A DNA stretch of 64,000 nt, taken from the NCBI GenBank assembly GCA_964016885.1, contig OZ024740.1:61318001-61382000 (forward strand). The letters run 5' to 3'. This document shows positions 29,030 to 40,904 of the stretch, piece by piece. A program made the translations under genes and the position numbers. Source of the DNA: Eledone cirrhosa. Taxonomy: Eukaryota. The notes below the pieces were generated by a model. The model had not been told where the DNA came from. It ran no database searches and was given only the letters and a program-made list of their open reading frames with translations. How positions within the stretch are numbered: the stretch's first letter is position 1; the number at the start of each line of letters is the position of its first letter.

Positions 29030-29045
29030 ATATATATATATATAT

Positions 29046-32000
29046 ATATTGTTATACTTGGGGAGGGTCATATTTGTGTAATATTGCCAGAATTAATAAC
29101 AGAACACACTCACTGTTTGGTTGGTTTTCGCTTCTCGCTGTCTTTTATATCGGTAATCTAACTTACTCGGTCCTCAATGTTGCCATTGACTGACCGACGG
29201 TCAAAAATAATACAGATACAATATAGACACAAACACATATATATAGTTTATCATAAATCTTTCGTTGCACATCTGCAACATCGTCAGTGGTGTTATATAT
29301 TCCTCCTGTTGTGTTGTATGTCTACGCCATTTTTATTCAGACTGTCTATATATTTATTTATTTGCTTGTTTGTTTATTTTATTTCGTCTTCTTTGCGCAT
29401 GCGTTTGCATGTGTGTATAGTGTTATGTTTGCTGTGTGATGGGTGACTAGTGTGTGTTTATGTGCTTGTTGTTATTGTGCTTGTGTATATATTTATTTAT
29501 TTATTTATCTTATTTTATTTACTTATTTATACTTCTCTTAGGTCAGTGTTGTTTGTTTGGGTGTTGTTGTTATTCCATTCATTCTTTCTGTTTAGCTTTG
29601 GTCTTCTAATTTCTATTTCACTGGCCTCTCTGATTTGCCTATCTGCTGGGTCATTTCTATGTTTAGATATTATTCTAATTTCTATGTTGTCTATGTTACC
29701 GTCATGTTGTTGTCTAGCATGTTCGTATAGTACTGACCCGTTTTTTCGTCCTTTTAGTTCCCCCCAATGTTGGTCTATCCTTTCACCTATGCTACGAGCT
29801 GTCTCACCTATGTATGTTGTTGTCATGTTTCTGCAAGTACCCTCTGTACATCTTATACTATAGACTACGTTTCTAGTTTTACAGTTTATCCGGGGGTTCA
29901 CCTTACATATTTACATATGATACATTTCCTATTGGTACAGTGGGTTTTCTTAAAAGGGTAGGTTTTGCTGATCAGGGATTTTATGGTGGTTCCTGGCTTT
30001 TCTACCACCTTTATTTTTAAGTGGGTCTTTCTCAGGGCCTTTCTACACTGGTTAGCTAATTTCCCTCCAGGGGTGGCGTCCACAAACATGACACTCTGGT
30101 ATCTCTGGTTGTCGTACCATGAGGTGGCTTTCCCTATCTAAGCTATTCCATGATTTGCTCCTGTATAATGGGCAAATACCTTTCATATCCAGTTCTATGA
30201 GGGTCTTATACTTTTCCATGGCTCCTTCGTATACTCTGACTCTGTCTCTTTGGTTGTAGCCAGAGAACTACATGCGGTTTATGAAGTGTTGGATGTGTCT
30301 TTCCACTTCTGCTGGGTCGCACATGCGGGACACATTCTTCATCACTCGTACCAAATCTGCGATCAGAATATTAAACTTAGCACTACTGGACATTGCTGAG
30401 TTTTTGAGTATCAGGTAATTGGAGGCCATGGGTTTAGCGTAGTGTGAGTGGAGAATTTGGGCTCTCTCGTCTATAGTGTTAATCCAGAGTTCTGTGTCTA
30501 ATACAGGTAGTCTATTGTTAGGGTGTTTGGAAGGGAAGTCGATAGTTACAGTTATACTCTGGTGTATGGAATTAGCTATCTGATGGATGCTTTCCATCGT
30601 GCTACGTTCTAAATCAAACTTGTTAGTGCTCTCTAGTGGGGGTGTTCTTATAACTATATTGATATCGTCTACATAACGAGAGTACATGATGAGGTCTATG
30701 GAGCTTTCATTAAGGAGATCTTTAAGTCTCCTTTCCCACCATACCATGAAAAGGTTGGCAACATCACCAGCTATGCTGACGCCGATGGCTGCTCCCTCAT
30801 TTTGGGTGTAGATTTTCTCGTTGAACTGAAATATGTGGCCCTTTAGGGTAGTTTTGATACTAGCCCCTATTGCATGTGCGACCATTTTTCTTACCTGATC
30901 ATTGTTTTGGGGGGTCCGTATAGCTTTGGTCCACCCAATCCACCTTCCCATGGGAGTCTTTTTTGCCATTGAGGTTATGGTGGTGGGGGGGGGGGGGGGT
31001 CTACCTCTTATAGGTCTACTAGGGCAGAAACATCTAAGGTCATGGCTGTCTAGGTAGTCAGTGTCGTAGGTAAGTCAAAGTAGGAGGCCCAGTTCGTCTG
31101 TGTCGACGTCGCAGAACTCCACCTCACTCTCAATGATCATCTCCACACATCTTTTCACAGCAAAATCAATGTTAATGGATGGATACAGTGACACCACATC
31201 CATGCTGCCTATTATGCAGTTGGATAGGCTCCTGTTTTTGTTGCACTCACTGATTCTGCTGAGGAGATCCTCTGTACTGTCACATACATCTGGGGACATC
31301 TTGATTATGGGGCGTATAACCATTGAGAGGAAGTAGGAGATCCTGTAGTTGCTAGATATATTAGCTCCGCATACGGGTCTTGTTGGTGGTCCTGTTGTCG
31401 GGTCGTCGACTGTCTTGTGGTCTTTGCGGAGCCCATACAAGGGTGGTATGCCATTGTTAGACGCCTGGAAGTTGTTGGCAGTGCGTCTACTTGGCTTTAG
31501 GATGTCAGTCCACATCATCATGTGAGCGTTGAGGATTTTTTTCTCTCCCATCGTGTGTTTGTTGTGCAATTTCGCTCGTGTTGGTGATGTGGGTTGCATA
31601 GCCTCGATGTAGTTCGGCATGCTATCTATTGACATCCTACCAGACTTATCCGTGGGTAGACACACTACCTCACCATCCCTTGTGCGCTGCTTGAGGCTAA
31701 CCAAGCCTTCTACAGGTTTCCTCCCAAGTTGTTGGGCCTCTGATCTGCTCTGTCTCTTAGTATACCTGTCTACTATTTGTCTAATCTTATTTCTAGCTAT
31801 GGTGAACTGTGCCTCTGTCCCGTCATCTATTTGTTGTGGTATGCAAACTCTTTTATTAAAGGGTAACCTCGTAGGATAGATATTACCCATCTTATATGTT
31901 TTGTCAGCTGGGTCGGTCAGTCAATGGCAACATTGAGGACCGAGTAAGTTAGATTACCGATATAAAAGACAGCGAGAAGCGAAAACCAACCAAACAGTGA

Positions 32001-32119
32001 GTGTGTTCTGTTATTAATTCTGGCAATATTACACAAATATGACCCTCCCCAAGTATAACAATATTTGTTTCGACACACGATTTCATATAAAAAACCTCGC
32101 AAAACTAATTCATCGCCGC
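29046..32119 (-). mobile_element. Penelope-like retroelement, 5'-truncated and disrupted, with inverted terminal copy
   Basis: RT motifs PPLYGLRKDHK, RPVCGA, SMDVVSLYPSI, GAAIG, YSRYVDD, LPVLD; Cys linker CTNRKCIIC..C; GIY-YIG VVYSIRC..C..YIGETAR..R..H..H..E. 153-bp inverted repeat 29046-29198 / 31912-32064. Stops or frameshifts near 31075, 30985, 30268, 30130 and 29900. Confidence 0.93.
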
Positions 32120-32143
32120 TATATATATATATATATATAATAT

Positions 32144-32480
32144 ATTAACAAATAGAAACTATATTTATAAAACCATATTTATTTTATTATACATATTTCA
32201 AGGGCCACCAAGGCAAATTATGGTGCGCTTTCATCAGATAAAATACAATACAGATTAGTTTTATAAATAAATATTGATATTGTATTTTATCTGATGAAAG
32301 CGCACCATAATTTGCCTTGGTGGCCCTTGAATAGTATAATAAAATAAATATGGTTTTATAAATATAGTTTCCATTTGTTAATTTATTGTATATTTACTCC
32401 AATAATTTGTTGAGTGCTTTATATCAGTTATAAAAATATTTTTAAGCTTGTTGTATCCCAACATATTAAATATAACCTCT
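32144..32480. mobile_element. Fold-back element family A with CTGATGA hammerhead-like core
   Basis: Arms ~32144-32250 / 32278-32382 plus a one-sided tail; homologous to 55690-56105 and to fragments at 28730-28805. Confidence 0.8.
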
Positions 32481-32562
32481 GCATATATATATATATATAA
32501 GTAGTAACACAACAGTTAGTTCCCCATACCGAGAACAATTGTTTCACCTTATGCGGATCTTA

Positions 32563-32661
<99 letters not shown>

Positions 32662-32772
32662 GAAAGAATAAGAAATAAGATAGATTGAGAGGACGGTGGT
32701 GTGGAATTGGAAAAAATGTCTTTAAATAAAAATAACAGGTCCATTGATGTTGACATCTCTTGGAAATATATA

Positions 32773-32819
<47 letters not shown>

Positions 32820-34522
32820 CAAGCAGGGAAAAGCGGGCGTAAAATGATGATGATGATGATGATACGTGTAGAGTACATGATGTTCCTACAAATAATAGAA
32901 TAAAATAAATGCAGAACCCAAACATAGCTTGTAACAAACCTAGGTCAGGTGATGTAAAATCAGTGTTAAATACATGTGATTTAAATTTCGGCTACATGTA
33001 TCTATATATAAATTTGAGCGATTTCCGTCTGTCCGTCACAAAATGTGCGTGTTTTATGTGGATGTATATCTGTGAGTGTATATTTTTGTAAGTGTGTCTG
33101 TGTTTGCGCGTATATATATTTATATATTCATACATATAAATGTATGTATATGCACAAAGACTCACCCACACACATATACACATACGCGTCAGCATGTTGA
33201 AAAAAATCCTAGTATATATAAAATTCGGACATTTCCTGATAGCATCAATGCTACTTGATACAGCTGCAGTAAGCGATACTGTCGGGTGGTTCCGAAATCG
33301 TAGAGATCTCCAGTCGATAGCTATTGGAAGTTATGTCCCGCAATGCAAGCTATATGTAGAATAGATATACATGTAGTAGTGTACGTGGTGTACTTACAAG
33401 AAATAGAAAAGAATAAAAGAACTAGATTTTGAGCTGCGTATGGGTCCTCAAAAGTCGAAGGTTCCTGTCAAGTGACTCACTCTTTTTTGTTTCTCACTTT
33501 TTTTAACTGCTTGTGGTTGGATATCAGTAGAACAGATTTTTTTTTTACTACATTCAGGGATGAATTAGGAAAGTTGCTGGAACTTTATTATATATAATCA
33601 CCTTGATATTAATTAACCAAACAATTGACTCTGTTTACAATAGCGTTGAAAATGGGAAAGAATTTCAAACAAGTCGCTTAAATTATTAGAGTTATCCCCC
33701 TTGCAATATTGATTTCTAAAGTAGACACAAGGTTTCAGTGTGAGGGAAAAGTGAATTTATATTTATCTATGTATTTAATTGGTACTTTACTTTATTGACC
33801 GAAAGGCAAAAATCGACCTCTGCGAAATTTCAATTCGGAATGTAAAGTGACACACCTGAAACGACATCTGTCTGTCTGCATCACTGTCTATCTACTTATC
33901 TATTACTCCCTCCCCCCACACACATATATATACACACACTCACGCATACACATACACTCACACACACGATGTAGTTGGCAGACAATTCCTTCGGTTAAAT
34001 CTACTGATTAACACAATTTCACCTGGCGGACGTCATATTAGTACAGGAGCAAGGTGGCAGTCTTCAGACTAAAGAGTTAATAACGCTGACACACACACAC
34101 CTCTGAAAATCTGTGTATCGGTAGACTATTAATGAGAATGTATAGAGATAGATTGATACATCAAAAAAGAAGCGAGAAAGAAAAAGCAAGCGACCTCCAA
34201 AATATTGGCAACAGTATGGTCGATTAAGATAGACCAGTTCATTACTGGTATTTTAATGTTAAAGAACCGAAATTAAAATACTGCAAAATATTTTGTTTCA
34301 GGCTCTAATGATTCTGCCAAGTCGTTTCTTCTTGATTTTATTTTGAGTTAAGATTGTATTGGTTTTTTCCCTCAGCTTACACAAAGTCTGAGGATAAAAT
34401 TGTTTTGAATTAAGATTGAATTATTTATCCCATATCTTACGTTAAAAATTGTTCATCTTGATGTAATAGTCACTTATATGTCTGAATTATTGTCGGCTTT
34501 TTGCTTACATTAATTTCTCTAT

Positions 34523-34574
<52 letters not shown>

Positions 34575-35283
34575 TATTCAGAGTTAAGGCTCTATTGATT
34601 TTTTCCTTGATTTCACAAAATTCTATGGATAAATCTATGTCTTGATTTTTTTTAAATTGAGTTTGAATTATTTTCCCACATCTTACGTTAATTATTTTCC
34701 ATTTTGACGTTATAGTCACTTATATATTATGAAATACTGTTGGCTTCACGCTCACAATAATTTCTATACTTTCATTTATATATATATATATATATGTGTG
34801 CATGTGTATATTCTTTTATTCTTTTACTGGTTTTACGTAGTGGATTTCGACCATGCTGGGGCACCGCCTTGAATTAGTCGATCATATCGACACCAGAACT
34901 TGTTGATGTTTTCAAGTCTGGTACTTATTTTATGAATCTCTCTCTCTCTCTCTCTCCTTTTTTGTTGATTAAACACAGAGACACAAATGTAAACACAGAC
35001 ACACACACACACACACATACGTATGTATGTAAGTATAACACGATAAGGGTTGTATATATACAAACATATATAAACTTGTACAGTATATATATATATATAT
35101 ATATATAGTAATAATAATAAAATTGAAGACTAAAATCCAAAGAGGGCTCGATAAGGAAAATATATATCAAATATATAAGAACCGAAGAGCAAATACGTTT
35201 ACAGATTGACTTTGTTAGTTTCAGAAGATCCCGTTAAGGGTGAAAGCAGCGATTCTTTGCTTAAACTTTAATCTGTTATATTA

Positions 35284-35337
<54 letters not shown>

Positions 35338-36037
35338 CGAAGGAGTTGTGGTAAGGAATAAGATGAACCATAACGCACCAGAGTACTCAATACTTAGAAT
35401 AGTAGAGTGGGTAATAGGAAAAAGTAGAGTGGGTAATAATAATAAAAGAAATAGCCGTCGAAACGGCTTGAGCTCTGCCGTCGGGGTCATACTTTTTCCT
35501 ATATATATATATATGGTATAGTCCCGTAACTCCTTATACAGTCTTAGGGGCGCCATATTGACCTACGGCGTTTCTTAGGCATGTTTAAGCCTAGCGGAGC
35601 CCATCCCTCTCCAGGCCTGAATACAGCAGATTTCTTCCATGAAACAGAAAGTGAGAGAGAGGAAATGAGAAAGAAATTTAGAGGAAGAATCTACCCCAGT
35701 GCTAGACTGGTAGTTTTTTTATCGAAAGGATGACAATATAATTTATTTCAATCATATTATACCATAAATCAGTTCAATTTTGCTTTATACAGGCTAAAAT
35801 CGGAATTTAGAGGAGCTATTCAAAATTTTATTTAGGTACAATATTAAAGTATACTAGACCACCCGTGACCCGTTGGGTCATGTTCACTTCAAAACATAAA
35901 AAGAAATCATATTCACATAAAAATAACTTTCAAATAATTAAAATACACAGACATGTGTATAATGTGAAATGAAACTGGGAAGCCCATGTATATACGTGTG
36001 TGTGCTTGTATACATATATATATATGTGTGTGTGTAA

Positions 36038-36093
<56 letters not shown>

Positions 36094-36309
36094 GTGGGTG
36101 TCAGTGATCTATATACACTGGTCATAGACACACATATATATATATATATAAATACAAATATAAATTATCGAGAATCGTATATATATATATACATATACAC
36201 AACAACACCACCAGCTCTCTTCCATTCTCCTTCTCTGTCTCCTCTGTCTCCTTCTATGTCTCTCTTTCAATTTACTCTGCCACAACCACTATCTCTTTCT
36301 CTCTCTTTG

Positions 36310-37116
36310 TTTATGAAGGTACCCGGAAAAACCCCATACCTCGGGATCCCGTGCTACGATTTACGCAAAACTTGTTTTATTCCATTTGTATTCCCTATTC
36401 AAAGTATTTTCCTTTCAAAGTATTTTCCTATTATGCGCCCTTTTCGCTGTATTACATTACAGAGAAGCAATCAATCGCAGACTTTTAGTATTATATATAT
36501 TACTATTAAGAACATAGCAAGCAAAACATATATTTCAGGAAAAAATATAAATTAATTAGCGCAGTTTCACTATGATTACGAATATTAGCTAATTAACATG
36601 ATTAATTAGACAATCAAGACTCACATGGCTCTTCAGTCAACTAGTCTTAAAGACTAATTAATAGCCATTTCAAGAAAACTATATTATTATGCAATAAGAT
36701 ATTCGTACAAATAGTACAGGTTTTGTACCGAAGCTGCTAGAAATGTGTATATAAACATACATTTTAAAATATATTTAAGCACGTAAGCCTGTCTTATTTT
36801 CATACTTTTTCGTAGATTGATAAAGATGAACAGCTTGACTCGGGTTTCGATCTTTGTTGTATTCTCCATCAGAACCTGTCGACATTCTTCGCAATCCACC
36901 AGATGTTGGCAGATTCTGACGAAGATATCAACAATGTTCAAAACTCCAGTTAAGCTCTATATTTTCTTTTCAATTTACGAAAATCTACGAAAGCAAGACA
37001 TGTCCACATGCTTAAACATATTTTCAAATGTATGTTTACATACACATTTCTCACTGATTCGATTAAAACCTGTACTGTTTATAGAAATATAAATTCATAC
37101 CAAACTGTTTATAGCC

Positions 37117-37148
<32 letters not shown>

Positions 37149-39198
37149 GTAGAGCGTTGGCTATGTTTTTAATTAAAGATGGAAAAACCCGCAAACACTA
37201 GGCTTGGGAGCTACAGATGTCACCTATTACTCCATCTCCCTTAGTAGTTTACCGCTGTTTGGCCGGGATTGCTTATTCGTCAGGCAGAAGCTCGCTTATA
37301 TTGCAATCAGCCATCATACTCGTTGGCCATATCGCTATCCGCCACCTACAAGCCGTTCTCTAGCAGAACAGCTCTATTGAGAATAAAGTGTTCTGGCAGA
37401 CCATCTACCCACTTCGAAATAAGAAGTCCTCCTCCACACCTGCTATCAGGAATGCGTCTGGGGTTCTTCTCTCATTAGAGAGGTGCATCCTCGCGGGGTA
37501 GAGAGAATACTTTGCTGATCTCCTAAACCCAATCACAACAGCATCTTCTGATGCTCACAAGGTGCATCTGGGAGCAGTGACTAATCTCTCAGAGGCTGAG
37601 GTCACAAGAGCAGTTAAACAGCTCAAACGTGGCAAGACCGCTGGAGAAGAGGAAAAAAAAAGATTTAAAAATGTAGACAAGAGAGATTGTTACAATTACA
37701 AAGGGATCTTCTTTTTAAGCCTGGCCGGTAATTCTATGCTAAGTATCTGGCAAAGAGATGCAGGCAGATTGTCAAGTCGAAGCTAACTGATAAACAGTGC
37801 TGTTTTCACCCCGGACACAACATAGCCGACCAAAGGCACATGACCACGTTTCTCAGAACCTGCTGTGGAAGGTTCTGCATGAGTATGGGGTCGATGGTCA
37901 GCTTCTTGCTGTCCTGATGTCTCGAAACGAATTCTCGAGTATTTGTGTTCGGATAAATGGCGCTAAATCGAAACCATTCAAGGTGGCAGTGGGACTTCGC
38001 CAAGGGTGCGACCTATCACCTCTCCTGTTGATTATTTTCACGAACAGGATTGACATCCACAGCCGTGTTGGTAATAGTGTCACAACCGGCAGGTGTAAAA
38101 TCAGTCGGCTGGAATTTGCTGACGACATGGTGTTACTTAACTTGGTAGAAAGCGATCTGCGATATGCACTTAATAGGTTTGGTGCCGAGTACTACATAGC
38201 TGGAATGAAAATCAGTTCTGCTAAAAATGAGACACTCGTCCTCTCAAGGAAGCCTGCGCAGTGCACTCTACATGTTAATAGAGTTTCACTGAATCACGTA
38301 AAGAAGTTCAAGTACCTCCGGGTCATGTTCTCGAGTGATGGAAGGCAGGAGACTGAATTAAGTGCAAGAATTGCAGGAGCTGGTGCAGTAATGTGCCAGG
38401 TGCAGTAATGTACCAGCTTCAGCTTTCGGTAATCAAAAGCAGGGAGGTAGGTGTAAAAGCCAAGTTCGCTATATTTCATTCGGTATTCATGCCAAGCCTT
38501 ACCTATGGTCATGAATCTTGGGTAATGACCGAAAGAAAACGATCGCGAATATAAGTGGCCAAAATGGGGATCCTCCGAAGGGTCTTTGGAGTTACATTAC
38601 TCGATTAAGTGCGTAGCTCGGAGATCAGTGTCGCTCCGAGTAGAGCCACTACTTCTCCGAATTGAGGATCACAGATCCAATACTATGGGCATGTGGTTAA
38701 AATATCTCAGGAAAGAAACGCTAGACAGACTTTACGGGCACAACCAACCGGCAGGAGGCCCAGGGGTAGGCCCCGAGCAAGATTGTTGGATAACATCCTG
38801 AGCTTGGCTGGTCTCACTTGGTGTTCCAGCTGGATCAGTTGGAGACGGTTGCATTCGACAGGAACCGCTTGGAGGAGTGTTTGAGGACTCTGCCCCCACG
38901 ATCCCCTCAAGAAGAAGAAGAAGAAGAAACTGTTCGTCTATGATGGGTGGATGTTATCGATGACCTTTTGGATCGTATTGGGTAGTACAGTAAAGGGAAT
39001 TTCTTCGTCCAGTATTCCTTATAAAATATGGTGTACTCTGCTTAAACCTTTTATTCACATTGGTGCTGTTTATAACCTTTTACTTAGAGCTAGCTTGGGG
39101 TGGTACAGTAAAAGGAATACAAATGGAATAAAACAAAATTCGCGTAAATCGGAGCACGGGTTCCCGAGATTTGGGGTTTTTCCGGGTACCTTCATAAA
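36310..39198. mobile_element. TIR element with ~85-bp inverted ends, interrupted by an RTE LINE
   Basis: TTTATGAAGGTACCCGGAAAAACCCCA...ATTCCATTTGTATTCC (36310-36395) mirrors 39113-39198. Confidence 0.75.
37150..38929 (+). mobile_element. RTE-clade LINE, 5'-truncated and degenerate, with (GAA)n tail; 3' fragment also at 48780-48975 minus
   Basis: RT motifs KAHD..LWKVL.EYGV, GLRQGCDLSPLL, EFADD, FKYL; C-terminal GRRPRGRPR.R; GAAGAA tail. Confidence 0.9.
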
Positions 39199-39707
39199 TA
39201 ACCAACAACTCCATGATAACCAATCAGATCGCTAGCGCGCTTACCGTTGTGTTTCATTTCCGAAAAGCCTTAGTGTAGTCAATTTAAAGACAGACAAGAA
39301 GAGATCCCTCTTAGGTAACAACTAGACTATCCGTGACCCAACGAATCACGGGTGGTCTAGTATCTAATGTAACCCTCACATTTCTCATCTCATACTTTAG
39401 ATTCTCTTTCTTCTTCTCTCTCCAACTCTCCGTTCGATTTGAGGTTATATCTTAACCCCCCTCCAAAAAATATTTACCATGCAAACAGTATCCAGCTGTT
39501 TACGGCTACCCCTCGCACTGAGAATACTCCAATTTTACGAATATCTAATTTCTTTTGTGATTCTTCCCTTTGGTAGTTGATATGCTCGTTCCCAAATACT
39601 CTGGCGTTATAACTTTCTTATCAAACTTTTCATCGAGAGTTTCATACAATACAAAACCTTGGCACTATTTATATTAAAGAACTGGAGTTTGTAGATTTCG
39701 TGAACAT

Positions 39708-40050
39708 ACTCTCGAGTCACAAATAATAGTGGGGTTGGAATAAGCGGGGGCGGAGATTGGACATTTGCTTAAATTATTATAAGCGGAGGGAGGGTGGGAA
39801 TCGGTAATTAAATAGTGTACATTCGTAATTATGGGATTTTTTGTAATATTCTTTTTTTTTGTCATATATCATTGTTTTTTTAAATGTAAAATAAAATTAT
39901 TATATTCTCCAGCTGCTGCATCTATATCACTTACAATAACATTTTACCGGGGATATATTAGCAAAATTTAATAAGCGGAGGAGGGGTTGGAAAAAGTCTG
40001 AAAAATTAATAAGCGGGGGATGAGGGTCGATTATTCAAGTCCTGAGAGTA
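39708..40050. mobile_element. Tc1/mariner-type MITE
   Basis: TA-CTCTC ... GAGAG-TA ends and repeated AATAAGCGG(G/A)G subterminal motifs. Confidence 0.55.
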
Positions 40051-40423
40051 CTTATTTATTACGGGGAGGAACTGGTTTGCTAAATAAGTTTTAACATTCG
40101 TATTGAATGTCTGCTTAATCTAGGTTATGTTGCTCTTTCTGCTTTGACTTGATTGCTTGCTTGTCAGTGTTTGGTTGCAGTGACCTTTATATCATTATTT
40201 TATTATTTTACTGGTTTAAGTCTCTTGGCTGTTGCCATGCTGGAATATCGCCTTCTCTTTTATCAAATGTAGTATCTGAGCTAAACGGATTTATTCATTT
40301 GTCTATTAAATTTTAGATGTACCCGTTAGTGTTGGACGAGATCCGATATGTAGCTTCTGATTGACTGAATAGTCAGATCCGTGCAATGCAAGTTATAGGG
40401 CAAGGCCAAATGTAAGAAGTCGA

Positions 40424-40640
40424 CAGTGTCGGATTTAGGACAAATGAGGCCCTGTGCTAGTTAAGTTATGAGGCCCCTTTGAACGTTTGACATTTGAAAA
40501 ACATTTGAAAAATTCATCATAAAATTTTTTGGGGGGAGGACAGGAATATGCCCCCCTCCACACACACACACACACACACACACAGGCCAATGGGGCCCTG
40601 GGCTGAAGCACACCTAAGCACAATGGTAAATCCGGCACTG
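40424..40640. mobile_element. hAT-type MITE
   Basis: TIR CAGTGTCGGATTTA / TAAATCCGGCACTG; TSD GAAGTCGA/GAAGTAGA. Confidence 0.82.
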
Positions 40641-40713
40641 GAAGTAGACCAAAAATTTTGTAACATATGATTTATACTGAGCTGAATCGAAACCTTAAGT
40701 TATATATACAGAC

Positions 40714-40904
40714 CAGTCATGTCAAACTGAGGGTCGACCCGAGGGCCACATGGGTCACATACGTGTTGTCTGAGGGCCACATACAGCTAATATTTTTTAT
40801 TTTATATTACGAAGATAAAACATGCTCGTGCTGTAAAAACCTTTGTGCGGGCCGTAGGTGTGCATGTAAAGGGCCGCATGCGGTCCGCATGTTTGACATG
40901 CCTG
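40714..40904. mobile_element. hAT MITE, same family as 22560-22770
   Basis: TIR CAGTCATGTCAAAC / GTTTGACATGCCTG; TSD ATACAGAC/ATATAGAC. Confidence 0.88.

Larger units (their letters stand above)
35851..39363. mobile_element. Helentron-like element hosting nested insertions
   Basis: ATACTAGACCACCCGTGA (35851-35868) is the exact reverse complement of 39346-39363, which also pairs with 39321-39339. Confidence 0.65.

Noticed and set aside
29898-29900. TGA in the PLE Cys-rich linker as possible selenocysteine (as in some Naiad PLEs)
   Set aside because: Read-through meets TAA three codons later and the GIY-YIG continues in another frame, so it is a frameshift; the TGA is not at a Cys position
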